Shown: positions 1 to 10,297 of the stretch, in pieces
Layout of the letters: every line of letters begins with the position of its first letter
How positions within the stretch are numbered: the stretch's first letter is position 1
IMG/VR virus record: IMGVR_UViG_3300025305_000009
Direction: 5' to 3' (one strand)
DNA length: 64,000 nt
From: an uncultured virus (IMG/VR IMGVR_UViG_3300025305_000009)
Taxonomy: Duplodnaviria > Heunggongvirae > Uroviricota > Caudoviricetes
The notes under the pieces: generated by a model
What the model was told of the DNA's origin: nothing
Databases searched by the model: none
What the model saw: only the letters and a program-made list of their open reading frames with translations
Position numbers and translations under genes: made by a program

Positions 1-1403
1 GTACTTCCAGACAAGAGCGATAAAGTACCTGAAGGTTTTGTTGTGGTGAGTCTAACACTCTCGGCATATCCCTTCTTTTTTGACCACTCCTTATCATATT
101 CTCTCAAGTCATTATAACACTCATCCAACCATTCTAATTTATCAAAAGATTGACAAATGCCAGTAATACCCACACCTATTCTCATATTTCTATGTACAAC
201 TTCGTTAGTCTTTTCATGAATAAATGGCAATGCACAGATTGCTTTTTGTGTTTTGTAGAGGAGTCTTGCACACTCTTTAAATTCTTTCTTTGACTCAATA
301 TTGTTAAGATATATCTCAGAAAGATTACAACACTCATAAGATTCTAAAAGGATTTCACTGCACGGGTTCGCCCCCTCACATTTGTCCTTCTTTTTGTCTC
401 CAACTCTTGCCATTTTCATAGACAACGGAAGATTGAAAAAACCATAAGGTTCACCAGAACCATCGTAACCCTTCCACACAGCATCTGAAATGTGGTCATA
501 TGAATCTGCATAGATTGTGTTATTGGACATTGCTCGCCAATTTGGAATATTTCCCAAGTCCCATCTCTTTGCACGAAGGAACAGATAATCATCTGGATCT
601 CCAAGTGCAATTTGGGCAGAACGACGAACATTACCAGCAACCACCACAGACCCAATGATATTACAGATATCCAAAACATCCAAAGAACGAAGTTTCTTTT
701 CTTCTCTGTCTCTTATCACACCACTAATCTTTTCAATACCTTCAATTAGGATACTAGGTCCAGATGCTTTACCACCAAAACCATTAATTAACTCTCCCTT
801 TGAACGAACCACCAAAGTAGAATAGGTAAATGACTCACCTGTATAAAAGAAAGACTTCATAACTTTCTTCAGGAGTTTCACCCAACCTTCTCGCGTGTCT
901 GGTACAATAAAATCTGCGTCATTAGTTTTCTTGTGTGTGATTGTGACTCCCTCTTTCACCTTGGGGAGTTCATGTACATCTTCTCTACGAATGGAGAAGC
1001 CCACTCCACCGCCAAGCATCAAGTTCTCAAAGATGAAACAGAAGTCATCAATGTCACGAATAGAAACATACCAACAATTGAGCAAAGAATTACCACCGAA
1101 TCGGTCAACAGTGGAAGTACCAAGTTGCCAGAGCATTCGTCCTGCAAAGTTACATTTGAGGTTGAACACTAAGTCATAGAGCCTTTGTGCTTCCTTTTCG
1201 GTGTAATCTGCACCGATCTTTTGTGCGCCATTAATGCAACGAGCGATAGTTTCCCACCACTCTTCGTTCGTCCCGTTTTCTTTAATGCGGGAGTACGTTC
1301 TCTTGTAAACGATTTCACCAAGACCGTTATAACCCCAATTTGGCTTCTTTATCTTATATAAAGACAAGAACTCATCGGGTAGAATTTCACTCACATAACT
1401 CAT
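1..1403 (-). CDS. nrdJ: Class II (adenosylcobalamin-dependent, monomeric RTPR-type) ribonucleotide reductase, 3' end outside window
   Basis: Manual translation from ATG at 1403 (MSYVSEILPDEF...) is open to the window edge. Motifs: YKRTYSR, FAGRMLWQLG, NSLLNCW, LMLGGGVGF, VPDTREGW, VVAGNVRRSAQI, GANPCSEI, CNLSE, TTTKPSGTLSLL. Absent from the ORF track because no stop lies in the window. Confidence 0.93.
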   Translation of the reverse strand, partial: MSYVSEILPDEFLSLYKIKKPNWGYNGLGEIVYKRTYSRIKENGTNEEWWETIARCINGAQKIGADYTEKEAQRLYDLVFNLKCNFAGRMLWQLGTSTVDRFGGNSLLNCWYVSIRDIDDFCFIFENLMLGGGVGFSIRREDVHELPKVKEGVTITHKKTNDADFIVPDTREGWVKLLKKVMKSFFYTGESFTYSTLVVRSKGELINGFGGKASGPSILIEGIEKISGVIRDREEKKLRSLDVLDICNIIGSVVVAGNVRRSAQIALGDPDDYLFLRAKRWDLGNIPNWRAMSNNTIYADSYDHISDAVWKGYDGSGEPYGFFNLPLSMKMARVGDKKKDKCEGANPCSEILLESYECCNLSEIYLNNIESKKEFKECARLLYKTQKAICALPFIHEKTNEVVHRNMRIGVGITGICQSFDKLEWLDECYNDLREYDKEWSKKKGYAESVRLTTTKPSGTLSLLSGS

Positions 1404-1436
1404 GATCTATATTCCTATTGGTTTATTATATCTATA

Positions 1437-2087
1437 TCAATTAGTTAGTGCAACCCAAGAAACTGGGAACAATGGCTCTATAATTTCACCAATCGCTTTA
1501 GCATACTCCCCCACTTCCCATTGGGCATGAGGGTCAATTCTCAGTTTATAAATTCTTGCATATGCTGCAAGAGAACCTGTCCAGTAAAATTCAGTATACA
1601 TTCCCTGCGGGAGAACGAACCGTGCTTGCTCTGGTGCGACTCCACGTTTCAAGAGATAGTAGTAGGACTTCAAACACTGGTTGGTTGCTCTAGCATATGA
1701 AATGGATGAAATAGCAGCACCCTCTCTTGCCATGAAATCTTCTGATCCCTGTTTTGCTCCACCAGTTGGTTTTGTTCTCCATTGGGGATTATATATCTCT
1801 GGTTCTATAGAAACATATCTACGACTTACTTCATTCTCAACCATTCCAATTTTATGTTTATAAAGTTGTGTTCGGATAGAAACAGGTGCTTTAACACGCA
1901 ACATGATTTGTGGGTGTGCGAACGGTGTCCAGTGATTATGGGTTGCAAGATACTTGATGAGTTTCTCATCTTTATCTTCAAACTCTTCTTTGTGTGTAGA
2001 GAATGACACCCGTGCTGCATTTACAACAGTTAAATCACTTCCCATAGAATCAACCAACTCAACATACCCGTAATCTAATACTTTCAT
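1437..2087 (-). CDS. thyX: FAD-dependent thymidylate synthase
   Basis: VVNAARVSF, HWTPF, NEVSRRY, APEQARFVLPQ, LRIDPHAQWE motifs. Confidence 0.95.
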   Translation of the reverse strand: MKVLDYGYVELVDSMGSDLTVVNAARVSFSTHKEEFEDKDEKLIKYLATHNHWTPFAHPQIMLRVKAPVSIRTQLYKHKIGMVENEVSRRYVSIEPEIYNPQWRTKPTGGAKQGSEDFMAREGAAISSISYARATNQCLKSYYYLLKRGVAPEQARFVLPQGMYTEFYWTGSLAAYARIYKLRIDPHAQWEVGEYAKAIGEIIEPLFPVSWVALTN

Positions 2088-2254
2088 TTTGCTTTCTTAG
2101 TTTTATCTCTTACAAAATCTGCTCCATTATTCAATTCTTTATACACTTCATATAAAAGATCCCAATCTTTTCTACTAGTGTGTTTAGGGTGTCCCCACAT
2201 AGAACCATATTGTAACATTGCACCCAATGCTTCCTTCAACTTTTTTTCATTCAT
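2084..2254 (-). CDS. Small hypothetical protein (56 aa, MNEKKLKEALGAML...)
   Basis: Manually read ORF filling the gap between primase and thyX; its TGA overlaps the thyX ATG (ATGA). Confidence 0.55.
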   Translation of the reverse strand: MNEKKLKEALGAMLQYGSMWGHPKHTSRKDWDLLYEVYKELNNGADFVRDKTKKAK

Positions 2255-2316
2255 TTTCTTCTCACCTTATGTTGTATAGCCAATAACTTGCTAATAATTC
2301 AGTTCCTGTTGATATG

Positions 2317-3372
2317 TCACACCTTCCTCCAATCACGAAATCTCAGTGTTGCTGTTAAACCACTGAACGTATTCTCATCAATCATCTTCTGTATTTTGCG
2401 AGTTGACATTCTATATGCAAGGTCATTGATGTCCTTCTCTTTGATGTTGTCTGGCCATATGAACACATCTCGTCCCATTTCAATCAATTTTTCAATATAT
2501 GCGCACACTTGACGATTTCTATTTTCATTATCCATTATCCAAGTCATCTCTGAGTCTGCGAACCGTACAGGAATATTCCTCAATGCACCAGCACCAACGA
2601 TTGCAACGCAATTTTGTAAGAACATAGAATCAATCGGTCCTTCTACCACATACACACGATTCTTGGGATTGGCTCTCCACATCCCATACCACAATCGTTC
2701 AATTTCTTTATTTGCTTTGACTGTGACATACTTGAGTGTCTGGCGTGCGTTTGTTTCGTCCGTCATGTTTATTGCACGACCCTGTGCGCCTACAACATCT
2801 CCATGGCTGTTGAAGAACGGAATCACCAACCGTGGCTCTGCTCCAACTGATAAACAATCGGGGTCCAGTTTTTGCATAAACGAACCAAAGTCCTCTGTGA
2901 AATAGAGATACCTCCAGAATTGATTTGGAATAATTCTCATGTTTGCGAAGAGTACAACAGGATGATCGTTGGGAAGATCAGTGAGGCAATGGAGAGACTT
3001 TAATATATCATCCTTCTTTTTGAATTTTGGTTTTGAATCTTTAAATTTGAACAAATCTTCTTCCTTGGGCTTCTTATAGTTTGATTTTCCGTTTTCACCA
3101 TTACGATATCTCTCCAATGAATATTCTTTGCACAGAGAAGGTGAAACCTCTTTCAAAAAATTATATAGGTTCAATCCTATCCCACAGTTATGACATTTAT
3201 AAAAAAAATCATTCCCTTTTTGATAGAAATAGCCTCTCGCTTTATTCTTGTTCTTTGTTGAATCTCCACAGATCGGACATCGTGTGTTTGCGAGATTGTC
3301 CTTCTTCCATGCAAACTTCTCAAGTTGTGGGGAGATTATATTGATGAACTTCTTGTCTATAAATGTACTCAT
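2317..3372 (-). CDS. gp61: T4-like DNA primase gp61
   Basis: Zn ribbon RCPICGDS...CHNCG, TOPRIM VVEGPIDS and KDIND motifs; next to helicase. Confidence 0.95.
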   Translation of the reverse strand: MSTFIDKKFINIISPQLEKFAWKKDNLANTRCPICGDSTKNKNKARGYFYQKGNDFFYKCHNCGIGLNLYNFLKEVSPSLCKEYSLERYRNGENGKSNYKKPKEEDLFKFKDSKPKFKKKDDILKSLHCLTDLPNDHPVVLFANMRIIPNQFWRYLYFTEDFGSFMQKLDPDCLSVGAEPRLVIPFFNSHGDVVGAQGRAINMTDETNARQTLKYVTVKANKEIERLWYGMWRANPKNRVYVVEGPIDSMFLQNCVAIVGAGALRNIPVRFADSEMTWIMDNENRNRQVCAYIEKLIEMGRDVFIWPDNIKEKDINDLAYRMSTRKIQKMIDENTFSGLTATLRFRDWRKV

Positions 3373-4788
3373 CTATACCTTCCAGTCTGAGAATTTTTCT
3401 TTAGCCACCTTAAATTTATCATCAAAACTCTCACCGCCAAAACCCGAACCTAATGTTGTTTTCTCAGTTTGATTAGATTGTACTAACCCCGCTTGCTGTT
3501 CTTTCTTTACATCATATAATTTCATTTTTGCATGATTGATTCCGAGAATAAATTTTCTGTTTATAACCGTAGTATTATACCTATTCTTCAATTGTTTTAC
3601 AAGAATTTGATTTTGTTCATCCAATTCTTCAGTTGCAATCAACGCAATCATAAAGTCCGCAGTGGCAGGAAGTCCAAATGACTCAGAGGTGTCTTCCAGA
3701 CCGACATCTGTGCTTGAAAATCCTGCTCGATTTGTTTGAGTTGCAGACCATACAGGAACGTTATATTCAACAGCAATTCCGCGAAGTTCCTCTGCGATTG
3801 ACTTGACATGTTGATAGGTGTTAATATTACCACCAGACTTCAATCTTGAAGATGCACAGATGTTCAGGTAATCAATAAAGATGATATTCGGTTTGAACTT
3901 CTTCTTCATTGCAAGTTCATCTAATAAAATTCTAAAATGATTCGCATTAGCGGTTGCAGTTGGATATTCTTTGATGATTAGTTTACCAGTTATCCCAGCA
4001 GTCTTTGTGTTCAACTTGCTATCATACATCTGCTTTGGTAGGTCTTTTAGATCATCCATTGTAATGTCCATAAGATTTGCATCAATTCGTTCTGCAATTC
4101 TTTCTTCTGCCATTTCCATTGTAATGTAAAGGACATTCAAGTTTTGTGTGAGGCAATTTGCGGCATGGTGACACAAAAATAATGATTTACCAACGCCAGT
4201 TCCCGCCATCACAATGTTCAATGTTTTTTGTGGAGTTCCACCACCAGTGATGGTGTTGAAGAAATCTAAGTCAAATGGGACTTTTTGTTCAACTCTATGA
4301 TAGAATTCGTATCGTTCGTCGGAGTCTTCAATGTAGTCGTGTCCGATGTGGGTGTCAAAGGAGACTGAGAGAGCGTCTGAAAGGATGTGTGGGATTGCAT
4401 TCTCCGTCTTTGTTGCTGATTTACCGTCGATGATGTGAATCGATTCCATGATGGCATTGTATACCGCCTTATCTTTGCAAAATTTTTCAGTTTCTTTGAG
4501 TAGCCACGCTTGTTCTGGAAGAGTTTCTTTCTTCTTCAGACTATCTAGCAATTCCGAAATGCCCATATATTCGTCTTCTGTTATGCTCTTGTCTTTGTCT
4601 AAATTAATAGAAATTGCCTCTTTGGTTGGGAGGCTATTATATTCTATAATAAAATTACGGATGTTCTCAAAAACAACTCGCTCCTTCTTGTTGTGAAAAT
4701 ATTCACTCTTCAGAAATGGAACGACGCGACGAGCATATTCGTCATTGTATATTAAATTCTCTAAAATAACAAATTCAATTGACTTCAC
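3373..4788 (-). CDS. gp41: Replicative DnaB-like helicase gp41
   Basis: Walker A AGTGVGKS, IFIDYL, SATQTNR, SESFGLPATAD, QLKNRY. Confidence 0.96.
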   Translation of the reverse strand: MKSIEFVILENLIYNDEYARRVVPFLKSEYFHNKKERVVFENIRNFIIEYNSLPTKEAISINLDKDKSITEDEYMGISELLDSLKKKETLPEQAWLLKETEKFCKDKAVYNAIMESIHIIDGKSATKTENAIPHILSDALSVSFDTHIGHDYIEDSDERYEFYHRVEQKVPFDLDFFNTITGGGTPQKTLNIVMAGTGVGKSLFLCHHAANCLTQNLNVLYITMEMAEERIAERIDANLMDITMDDLKDLPKQMYDSKLNTKTAGITGKLIIKEYPTATANANHFRILLDELAMKKKFKPNIIFIDYLNICASSRLKSGGNINTYQHVKSIAEELRGIAVEYNVPVWSATQTNRAGFSSTDVGLEDTSESFGLPATADFMIALIATEELDEQNQILVKQLKNRYNTTVINRKFILGINHAKMKLYDVKKEQQAGLVQSNQTEKTTLGSGFGGESFDDKFKVAKEKFSDWKV

Positions 4789-5089
4789 GTTCTTTTTTCA
4801 CTTTACTTGATCGAAGAAAATCTTCTCCTAATTCTTTCATTTCATCTTCTAAAACATCAATTACAATTTCACCCAAGAAATTAATCAAATCCTGATCTTC
4901 GGTAATATCATTTGGGTTTTCAATAATATCATAATCAAAATTGCAACGAAGAAGATTATTATCTTCTGCAAAATTAATCTTACCATAACGATAAACAAGA
5001 CCCTTATATTTACCTTCAGTGATTCTAATTGGTATATTTTCATCTAAACCAATTGACATATTATCATCATATTCATATGGCTTGCTCAT
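4775..5089 (-). CDS. Hypothetical protein between uvsX and gp41 (position of T4 gp40)
   Basis: 104 aa acidic ORF overlapping both neighbours; assignment by synteny only. Confidence 0.6.
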   Translation of the reverse strand: MSKPYEYDDNMSIGLDENIPIRITEGKYKGLVYRYGKINFAEDNNLLRCNFDYDIIENPNDITEDQDLINFLGEIVIDVLEDEMKELGEDFLRSSKVKKEREVN

Positions 5090-6135
5090 TTTGATGCTCC
5101 TTGCTCTGTCGCTTCTGGTTCTTCTATTTTACCATATTTAAACTCTGTTGCAACTGCTTCTTCCAGACGTTTCATCACTTCGTCGGTGAAATATTTTTCT
5201 GGATTACTGTTAATTGACTTTTCAAATGCTGTCTTTCCATCTGGAAGTTCAATGCGTGTTGACACTTTCTTGAATATTCCATATTTAACTGCAATAGGAA
5301 CAAGACCATAATAAGGATTCAATCCAGTATCATAATTCAACTGCACTTCTACTTCCTTGTTCTCCTTGGTCAATCGTCCTTTGTAAAGTTTACATTTAAT
5401 AATACCACCAATAACATCCGTGCCTTCTTTGTCCTTCTTCTTAGACAGGTAAACAATTGTAGACGCAGCGTACTTCAAACCAGAACCACCGCCCATTTCT
5501 TTCATCGGAACATACGCACCAATAATGTTGTAAGTATGATTAGTCATTATTAAAGGAATTCCAGCCTTACCTAATTTAAGAGTAAGAACACGGAATGTTG
5601 CTTTGATAACTTGAGCGCGTGTCATATCGCGGGTAGTTTTACCTTCAGCAGTGTCTGCCATTTCTTTTTCAGTTGACAACATTCCCAACGAGTCAAGTAC
5701 AACTATTACTGGCTTCTTGTCCTTAGACTCAATGTATTTGTCAACAATAGAAATCGCTTGATGTCGGAAGTTCTCTACCGTGGCAACAGGGAATATGGCA
5801 AAACGTGATGCATCCATTCCCCGCTCAGTAATCATATCACTTGTCACTGCTTGCTCTGTGTCGAAATACAAAACCACACCATCAGGGTTGTCATCAAGAA
5901 ACTTCTTTGCCATCCCAAGTGCGAAATACGTTTTGCCTGTTGCCGATTCACCCGCGAGCGCGATGATTTTATTGTTGGGAATCCCGCCGTATAGGGAACC
6001 GGACAACAGGGCATTGAACGCATAAGATCCAGTGTCAACGAAACCCGTAATGTCTGAGCCATCAACTCCATCAGACACCACAGAAGCATATTCATTGCCT
6101 GAACTCTTAATAATATTTTGTAAAAAGTCAGTCAT
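5086..6135 (-). CDS. uvsX: RecA-like recombinase UvsX
   Basis: AGESATGKT Walker [23 protein letters not shown]. Start moved to ATG 6135 ([10 protein letters not shown]). Confidence 0.95.
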   Translation of the reverse strand: MTDFLQNIIKSSGNEYASVVSDGVDGSDITGFVDTGSYAFNALLSGSLYGGIPNNKIIALAGESATGKTYFALGMAKKFLDDNPDGVVLYFDTEQAVTSDMITERGMDASRFAIFPVATVENFRHQAISIVDKYIESKDKKPVIVVLDSLGMLSTEKEMADTAEGKTTRDMTRAQVIKATFRVLTLKLGKAGIPLIMTNHTYNIIGAYVPMKEMGGGSGLKYAASTIVYLSKKKDKEGTDVIGGIIKCKLYKGRLTKENKEVEVQLNYDTGLNPYYGLVPIAVKYGIFKKVSTRIELPDGKTAFEKSINSNPEKYFTDEVMKRLEEAVATEFKYGKIEEPEATEQGASK

Positions 6136-6292
6136 TCTTCTTGTTCTTCTTTTTTCGTAACTTAGTTCTCTTGCGTGGCTTTGGTTCAATTGGGGGTTCA
6201 AATTCCCAAGGGAACCACATCTGCTCGCCTTCATTCATAAAAGAAAAGGTCAGTTGTTCAATAAAATTTTCAATGTGTGAATCTTCAATCAT
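6128..6292 (-). CDS. Small hypothetical protein with basic C-terminus
   Basis: ORF from MIEDSH..., GGAG upstream, overlaps neighbours. Confidence 0.55.
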   Translation of the reverse strand: MIEDSHIENFIEQLTFSFMNEGEQMWFPWEFEPPIEPKPRKRTKLRKKKNKKND

Positions 6293-6480
6293 AATTGTTT
6301 CTCCATTTGTTGTATTATTATACCAAGAGTTCCACAAGAATCAAGATGTTCGTTATATTTTTCTAGTGAACATTTTTTATCTTCTTGCATTTTCTTTGTT
6401 ACGCTATACCATTCATTATGCACTTCCTTTAGGATGTTCACAACTACTTTTGCATCATTTTTTTTTATTTCTATATTCAT
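6289..6480 (-). CDS. Small hypothetical protein
   Basis: MNIEIKK... ATG overlaps the gp43 stop (ATGA). Confidence 0.55.
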   Translation of the reverse strand: MNIEIKKNDAKVVVNILKEVHNEWYSVTKKMQEDKKCSLEKYNEHLDSCGTLGIIIQQMEKQL

Positions 6481-9056
6481 GCAAAAAACCCTTCCAATGT
6501 ATTCACATGTTCCCACTTCCAACCAATCTTCTCAAGAATGTGCTTGATTGGTTTAAGAAATGATTTTTCAAACTGAGTGTCATAATCAATAAAATCTTCC
6601 AATTCAAATTCCTTTGGGAGACTATTCGGGAATGCAATCACTTGGTCTACCCCCGCAACCCCACCCAGCGGATTTGGTTTTACCAAATGTAAAAACTTAA
6701 TTTTATCTCCGTCTATAATTTCTCTATATTTTTTCAATCCCAACCTTTTCAAATAATGATTATATAGTAAACTTCCCTTCACTGCAATGGGCGTCGATTT
6801 TCGGTATATGCTTCCCATGTCAGAATATTTGTTAATACAATTCACGCCCCTTGGGAATGCAATTTCCTCCGGTGTAAAATTCTTAAACTTCTCTTTAAAA
6901 TCTGAGATAAATTCAATCACACTATCTTCATCTGTCGTTAAGATGAGGTTGATTGCTTCTTTTAACGAATCACGAACCACCTGTGGAGTAGAACTCCGGG
7001 TAGTTTCAATGCCCATGATCTTTTGTTTTGGGGGATCATATCGGACACCTTCCGAGTCATGCACACGCATCATATATCGCTTCTTGGCAGTCCATACTCC
7101 CTTGTCGGCAATACACTCTCTATCCATCACCATCTTGTTCTCATACGCATTCATCAATCCTGCAAGTTCGTCGTATTGTTCTTTGATGAATGGGAGGATG
7201 ATTTCGTTGGATGCTTTGTCGAGAAACTCGACCACCTCCTGCTCGGATTTATTGTCACAAACCTTATCCACAAGATTCCCAAGGCGAAGATAAACACTAT
7301 CTGTATCACTTGCAACAACATAATCATAATCCTCCGTTCCAATTGTTTTGTTCAAAAACTCATTAAGTTTATTTGCGATCCATCGGATGCTCAGTTGTCC
7401 CGATGTTGTAATTGCCTCTGCTAATGCAACGTCATAATATCTGAACCATTCGTTTCCAATTGCACCATACGCAGAATTAAGTTGAATCTTCCTCACCAAT
7501 TGGAAGTTATTATACTTTACAATTTCCTTATCAAGTTTTGCACAAGCAGCACCTTTACCCATTGCAACGGTATTAGACTTTGCAATTTTTTGTCTCTTCT
7601 TCTGACATTCAATCATTTTCTTTTTATATATATTACGCTCTTTGTATAATTTTTCCATAAGTGCTGGAAGAAATCCCTGATGTTCTTTTGTATAACATGT
7701 CCCATTTGCTGCAATGGAAATGTTATTCTTTTTGTGACGTTCAAGTGCTTCTAACGCAAGTGGTCTTGAATTTAGAATCCCAGTCGCTGTAATTATATGA
7801 TCCTGTGGTTGATCAATTTTTGTTTCGGGACTAATGTTGTATTGCATAATCAAATGTGGGTATAGGCTGTTCAAATCAAACGACACAACCCAATCGTGCA
7901 TTCCGACAATTGGTTCCTTCACATATGCACCTATGTATTGAGTGTCTTTCTTACCGACTCGTTTTGGTGGAATAACAATATTGTGTTCCATGAGATAGTG
8001 ATAAATAATACAATCCCATGTGCGAACCTGTCCAAATACATCTGCAAAATTTACCTTTGCAGAATATGCAAGAGATACTGCAAGTTCTAACAACTTCATC
8101 TTGTCTTCTAATTTAATTACAAGTTCAACATCTTTGACATTATATTCTATAAACTTTTCAAAGTCTTTCTTATAAAATGTTACCATGCTATCATACTCAT
8201 CATACGACAACTTCTTTTCGCCCAATTCTATGAATGCAATATGATCCAGCCGATATGATTCTTGATTAACATAAGTGAATGTCTGGTAGAGTTCATAATA
8301 ATCAAGTGTTGCGACTCCTACCAACTCATATGTTTGGTTTTCGCGGTTCATCTTTTTAATGTTTCGTTCCTTGATAAACTTCCAAGGCGACATTCTCTTT
8401 TCCTCACCCTTGCCCAACACCTGACGAATACGATTGACAAGATAGGGGATATCAAAGAATCTCACATTCCATCCTGTAATAATATCAGGTGATTCCAATT
8501 CCCATGTTGACAAGAACGACTCAAGAAGTTCTGCTTCATCCTCAAATTTGAATTGACGCATTTTTCCGTCATGCGGAGATAATGCCAAATTGAATTCTCC
8601 CAAACCATAAACATATTTCCACCCATTAAAATCAATCGTGATTGCATTGATTTTTTCGTTTGCATCTTGTGGACGGGGGAAACCATATTCGGATTCGCAT
8701 TCAATGTCCAAGGTTGCAACTTTGATTTTAGAAAAATCGTAATCTACTTCACCCCTGTAATTTTCTCCGATAAATTGATATATAAAATCATTATTTCCAT
8801 AAACATCAAACCCTTGCACGTTCTTATACTTTGCAATAAACTCTCTAGTATCTAAGATGTCTCCTGGTTTGATTGATTCTACAAAAATACCATCCAGTGT
8901 TCTAAACTTTGTCTTTTTCTGTGCAGGAACAAACATAGTTGGCTGAAACTTTTCCTTTACACTGAAAGGGGTTCCATCTACATTAATACCCTTGTAAAGT
9001 ATATAATTGCCACTCATTGATACATTGGTATAAAATTCACGCGAAGAAGTTTTCAA
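6477..9056 (-). CDS. gp43: Family B DNA polymerase gp43
   Basis: Exonuclease DIE, GWNVRFFD, YNVKD; polymerase SFDLNSLYP, KIQLNSAYG, ASDTDS, KKRY. Start inferred as TTG 9056 preceded by AAGGAGG at 6 nt, giving (M)KTSSREFYTNV. Confidence 0.97.
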   Translation of the reverse strand: MKTSSREFYTNVSMSGNYILYKGINVDGTPFSVKEKFQPTMFVPAQKKTKFRTLDGIFVESIKPGDILDTREFIAKYKNVQGFDVYGNNDFIYQFIGENYRGEVDYDFSKIKVATLDIECESEYGFPRPQDANEKINAITIDFNGWKYVYGLGEFNLALSPHDGKMRQFKFEDEAELLESFLSTWELESPDIITGWNVRFFDIPYLVNRIRQVLGKGEEKRMSPWKFIKERNIKKMNRENQTYELVGVATLDYYELYQTFTYVNQESYRLDHIAFIELGEKKLSYDEYDSMVTFYKKDFEKFIEYNVKDVELVIKLEDKMKLLELAVSLAYSAKVNFADVFGQVRTWDCIIYHYLMEHNIVIPPKRVGKKDTQYIGAYVKEPIVGMHDWVVSFDLNSLYPHLIMQYNISPETKIDQPQDHIITATGILNSRPLALEALERHKKNNISIAANGTCYTKEHQGFLPALMEKLYKERNIYKKKMIECQKKRQKIAKSNTVAMGKGAACAKLDKEIVKYNNFQLVRKIQLNSAYGAIGNEWFRYYDVALAEAITTSGQLSIRWIANKLNEFLNKTIGTEDYDYVVASDTDSVYLRLGNLVDKVCDNKSEQEVVEFLDKASNEIILPFIKEQYDELAGLMNAYENKMVMDRECIADKGVWTAKKRYMMRVHDSEGVRYDPPKQKIMGIETTRSSTPQVVRDSLKEAINLILTTDEDSVIEFISDFKEKFKNFTPEEIAFPRGVNCINKYSDMGSIYRKSTPIAVKGSLLYNHYLKRLGLKKYREIIDGDKIKFLHLVKPNPLGGVAGVDQVIAFPNSLPKEFELEDFIDYDTQFEKSFLKPIKHILEKIGWKWEHVNTLEGFFA

Positions 9057-9981
9057 GTGCTGCCTCCTTGTGAAGCCTGTCTTCTGATAGTTTAACATAA
9101 TCTGGGTTCAATTCAATACCAATATAGTTTCTATTATTTTGACATGCAACAACGCCCGTGGTTGCCGCACCGCTAAAGGGGTCAAGTACCATCCCGTCAA
9201 CCGGACACCCAGCAAGAACACATGGCTCAATCAAATCTGGTGGATAAGTTGCAAAGTGTGCGCCGGGATATGACTTGACGGGAACACTCCACACATCTCT
9301 TTTGTTTGCTTTAGTATATTCCCTATCAAAACCAGAATGTGCTTGAAGTCCTGAACCATCTTCCCAGTCTTGAGTTGTTCTCTTATGAGGAGTTTTTCTG
9401 GTTCCCGATGACTTACTTTCAGTCTTGATAGACTCTGCATCGTAATAGTATTTTTCATTTTTACTAAGTAAGAAAATATGTTCGTGCGCCCGTGTTGGTC
9501 TATCCTTCACACTCTCTGGCATTGGGTTTGGCTTATGCCAAATAATTTCACTACGAAGATACCAACCATCTGCTTGCAAGGCAAATGCTACTCTCCACGG
9601 AACACCAATCAAATCTTTCTGTTTGATAACTGGGTGTGAATTGAGTTTTGGCGTTTCCAAATCACCATACTTAATATCATCGTTCTTGGTTGCAGCAACT
9701 CCAGCGGGGGGAACAACCTTTCCTCTATTGCCACGGGAGTATGTGTCACCAATGTTTAACCAAAGAGTTCCATCATCACGAAGGACTCTCTTCACACCAC
9801 GAAAAACTTCAACCAAATTCTCTACGAATTCTTCCGGTGTTTCTTCTTGACCAATTTGTTCGTCGTTCTGATAATTTCTCAGAGCAAAGTAAGGAGGAGA
9901 AGTCACACAGCAATGGATAGAGTTTTCAGGGAGTTCATTTAGTTTTTCCAGACAATTTCCTACTCGTATTTCCCAAGTCAT
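9037..9981 (-). CDS. DNA amino-methyltransferase (beta class, SPPY; N4-C or N6-A)
   Basis: VTSPPY catalytic motif N-terminal to LDPFSGAATT SAM-binding motif; IIWHKPNPMPES, HFATYP. Confidence 0.92.
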   Translation of the reverse strand: MTWEIRVGNCLEKLNELPENSIHCCVTSPPYFALRNYQNDEQIGQEETPEEFVENLVEVFRGVKRVLRDDGTLWLNIGDTYSRGNRGKVVPPAGVAATKNDDIKYGDLETPKLNSHPVIKQKDLIGVPWRVAFALQADGWYLRSEIIWHKPNPMPESVKDRPTRAHEHIFLLSKNEKYYYDAESIKTESKSSGTRKTPHKRTTQDWEDGSGLQAHSGFDREYTKANKRDVWSVPVKSYPGAHFATYPPDLIEPCVLAGCPVDGMVLDPFSGAATTGVVACQNNRNYIGIELNPDYVKLSEDRLHKEAALENFFA

Positions 9982-10297
9982 TATTGTTCTTGTCCTTTAA
10001 GTACCCACTAAACAAAACCATATAATTTATAATATCAACAACCGCATCATGATAACTTTCATTCTCTACCTTCAAAGTTCCAGCAGATGTGAACGTTGAA
10101 AGTCGTGATAATTTATCGCAAACTCGCACAAGGAATCCCTGCTCCGTGCTGCAAATTCCCATTTCTTCTGAACGAGTAAAATTTGCAAACGGAGTGTCGC
10201 CCTCTTTACCGGCATAATCGTGATTTTTCTTTTCCATTAAACTCAACGCTTCACCACAAAGAGCCTTATGGTGTTCAAACAATTCTTTACGATTCAT
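9935..10297 (-). CDS. DUF1599 / nucleotide-modification-associated domain 1-like protein
   Basis: KKNHDY...RVCDKLSRL...ESYHDAVVDIINY pattern typical of this all-alpha phage family. Confidence 0.75.
   Translation of the reverse strand: MNRKELFEHHKALCGEALSLMEKKNHDYAGKEGDTPFANFTRSEEMGICSTEQGFLVRVCDKLSRLSTFTSAGTLKVENESYHDAVVDIINYMVLFSGYLKDKNNNDLGNTSRKLSGKTK

Noticed and set aside
416..1179. ORF-track entries 416-679 (-), 895-1179 (+), 933-1172 (+)
   Set aside because: Out-of-frame or antisense shadows of the nrdJ frame that runs from 1403 off the window edge.
5086..6234. Long N-terminal extensions in the ORF track (uvsX, gp43, nadE, gp16 and others)
   Set aside because: They overlap upstream genes; conserved N-termini and RBS positions support shorter starts.
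3373..9056. Inteins, introns or homing endonucleases in gp41, uvsX, gp43 (also checked gp17, gp46, nrdJ)
   Set aside because: ORFs are continuous and of ordinary length; no intein termini or LAGLIDADG/HNH/GIY-YIG motifs seen.
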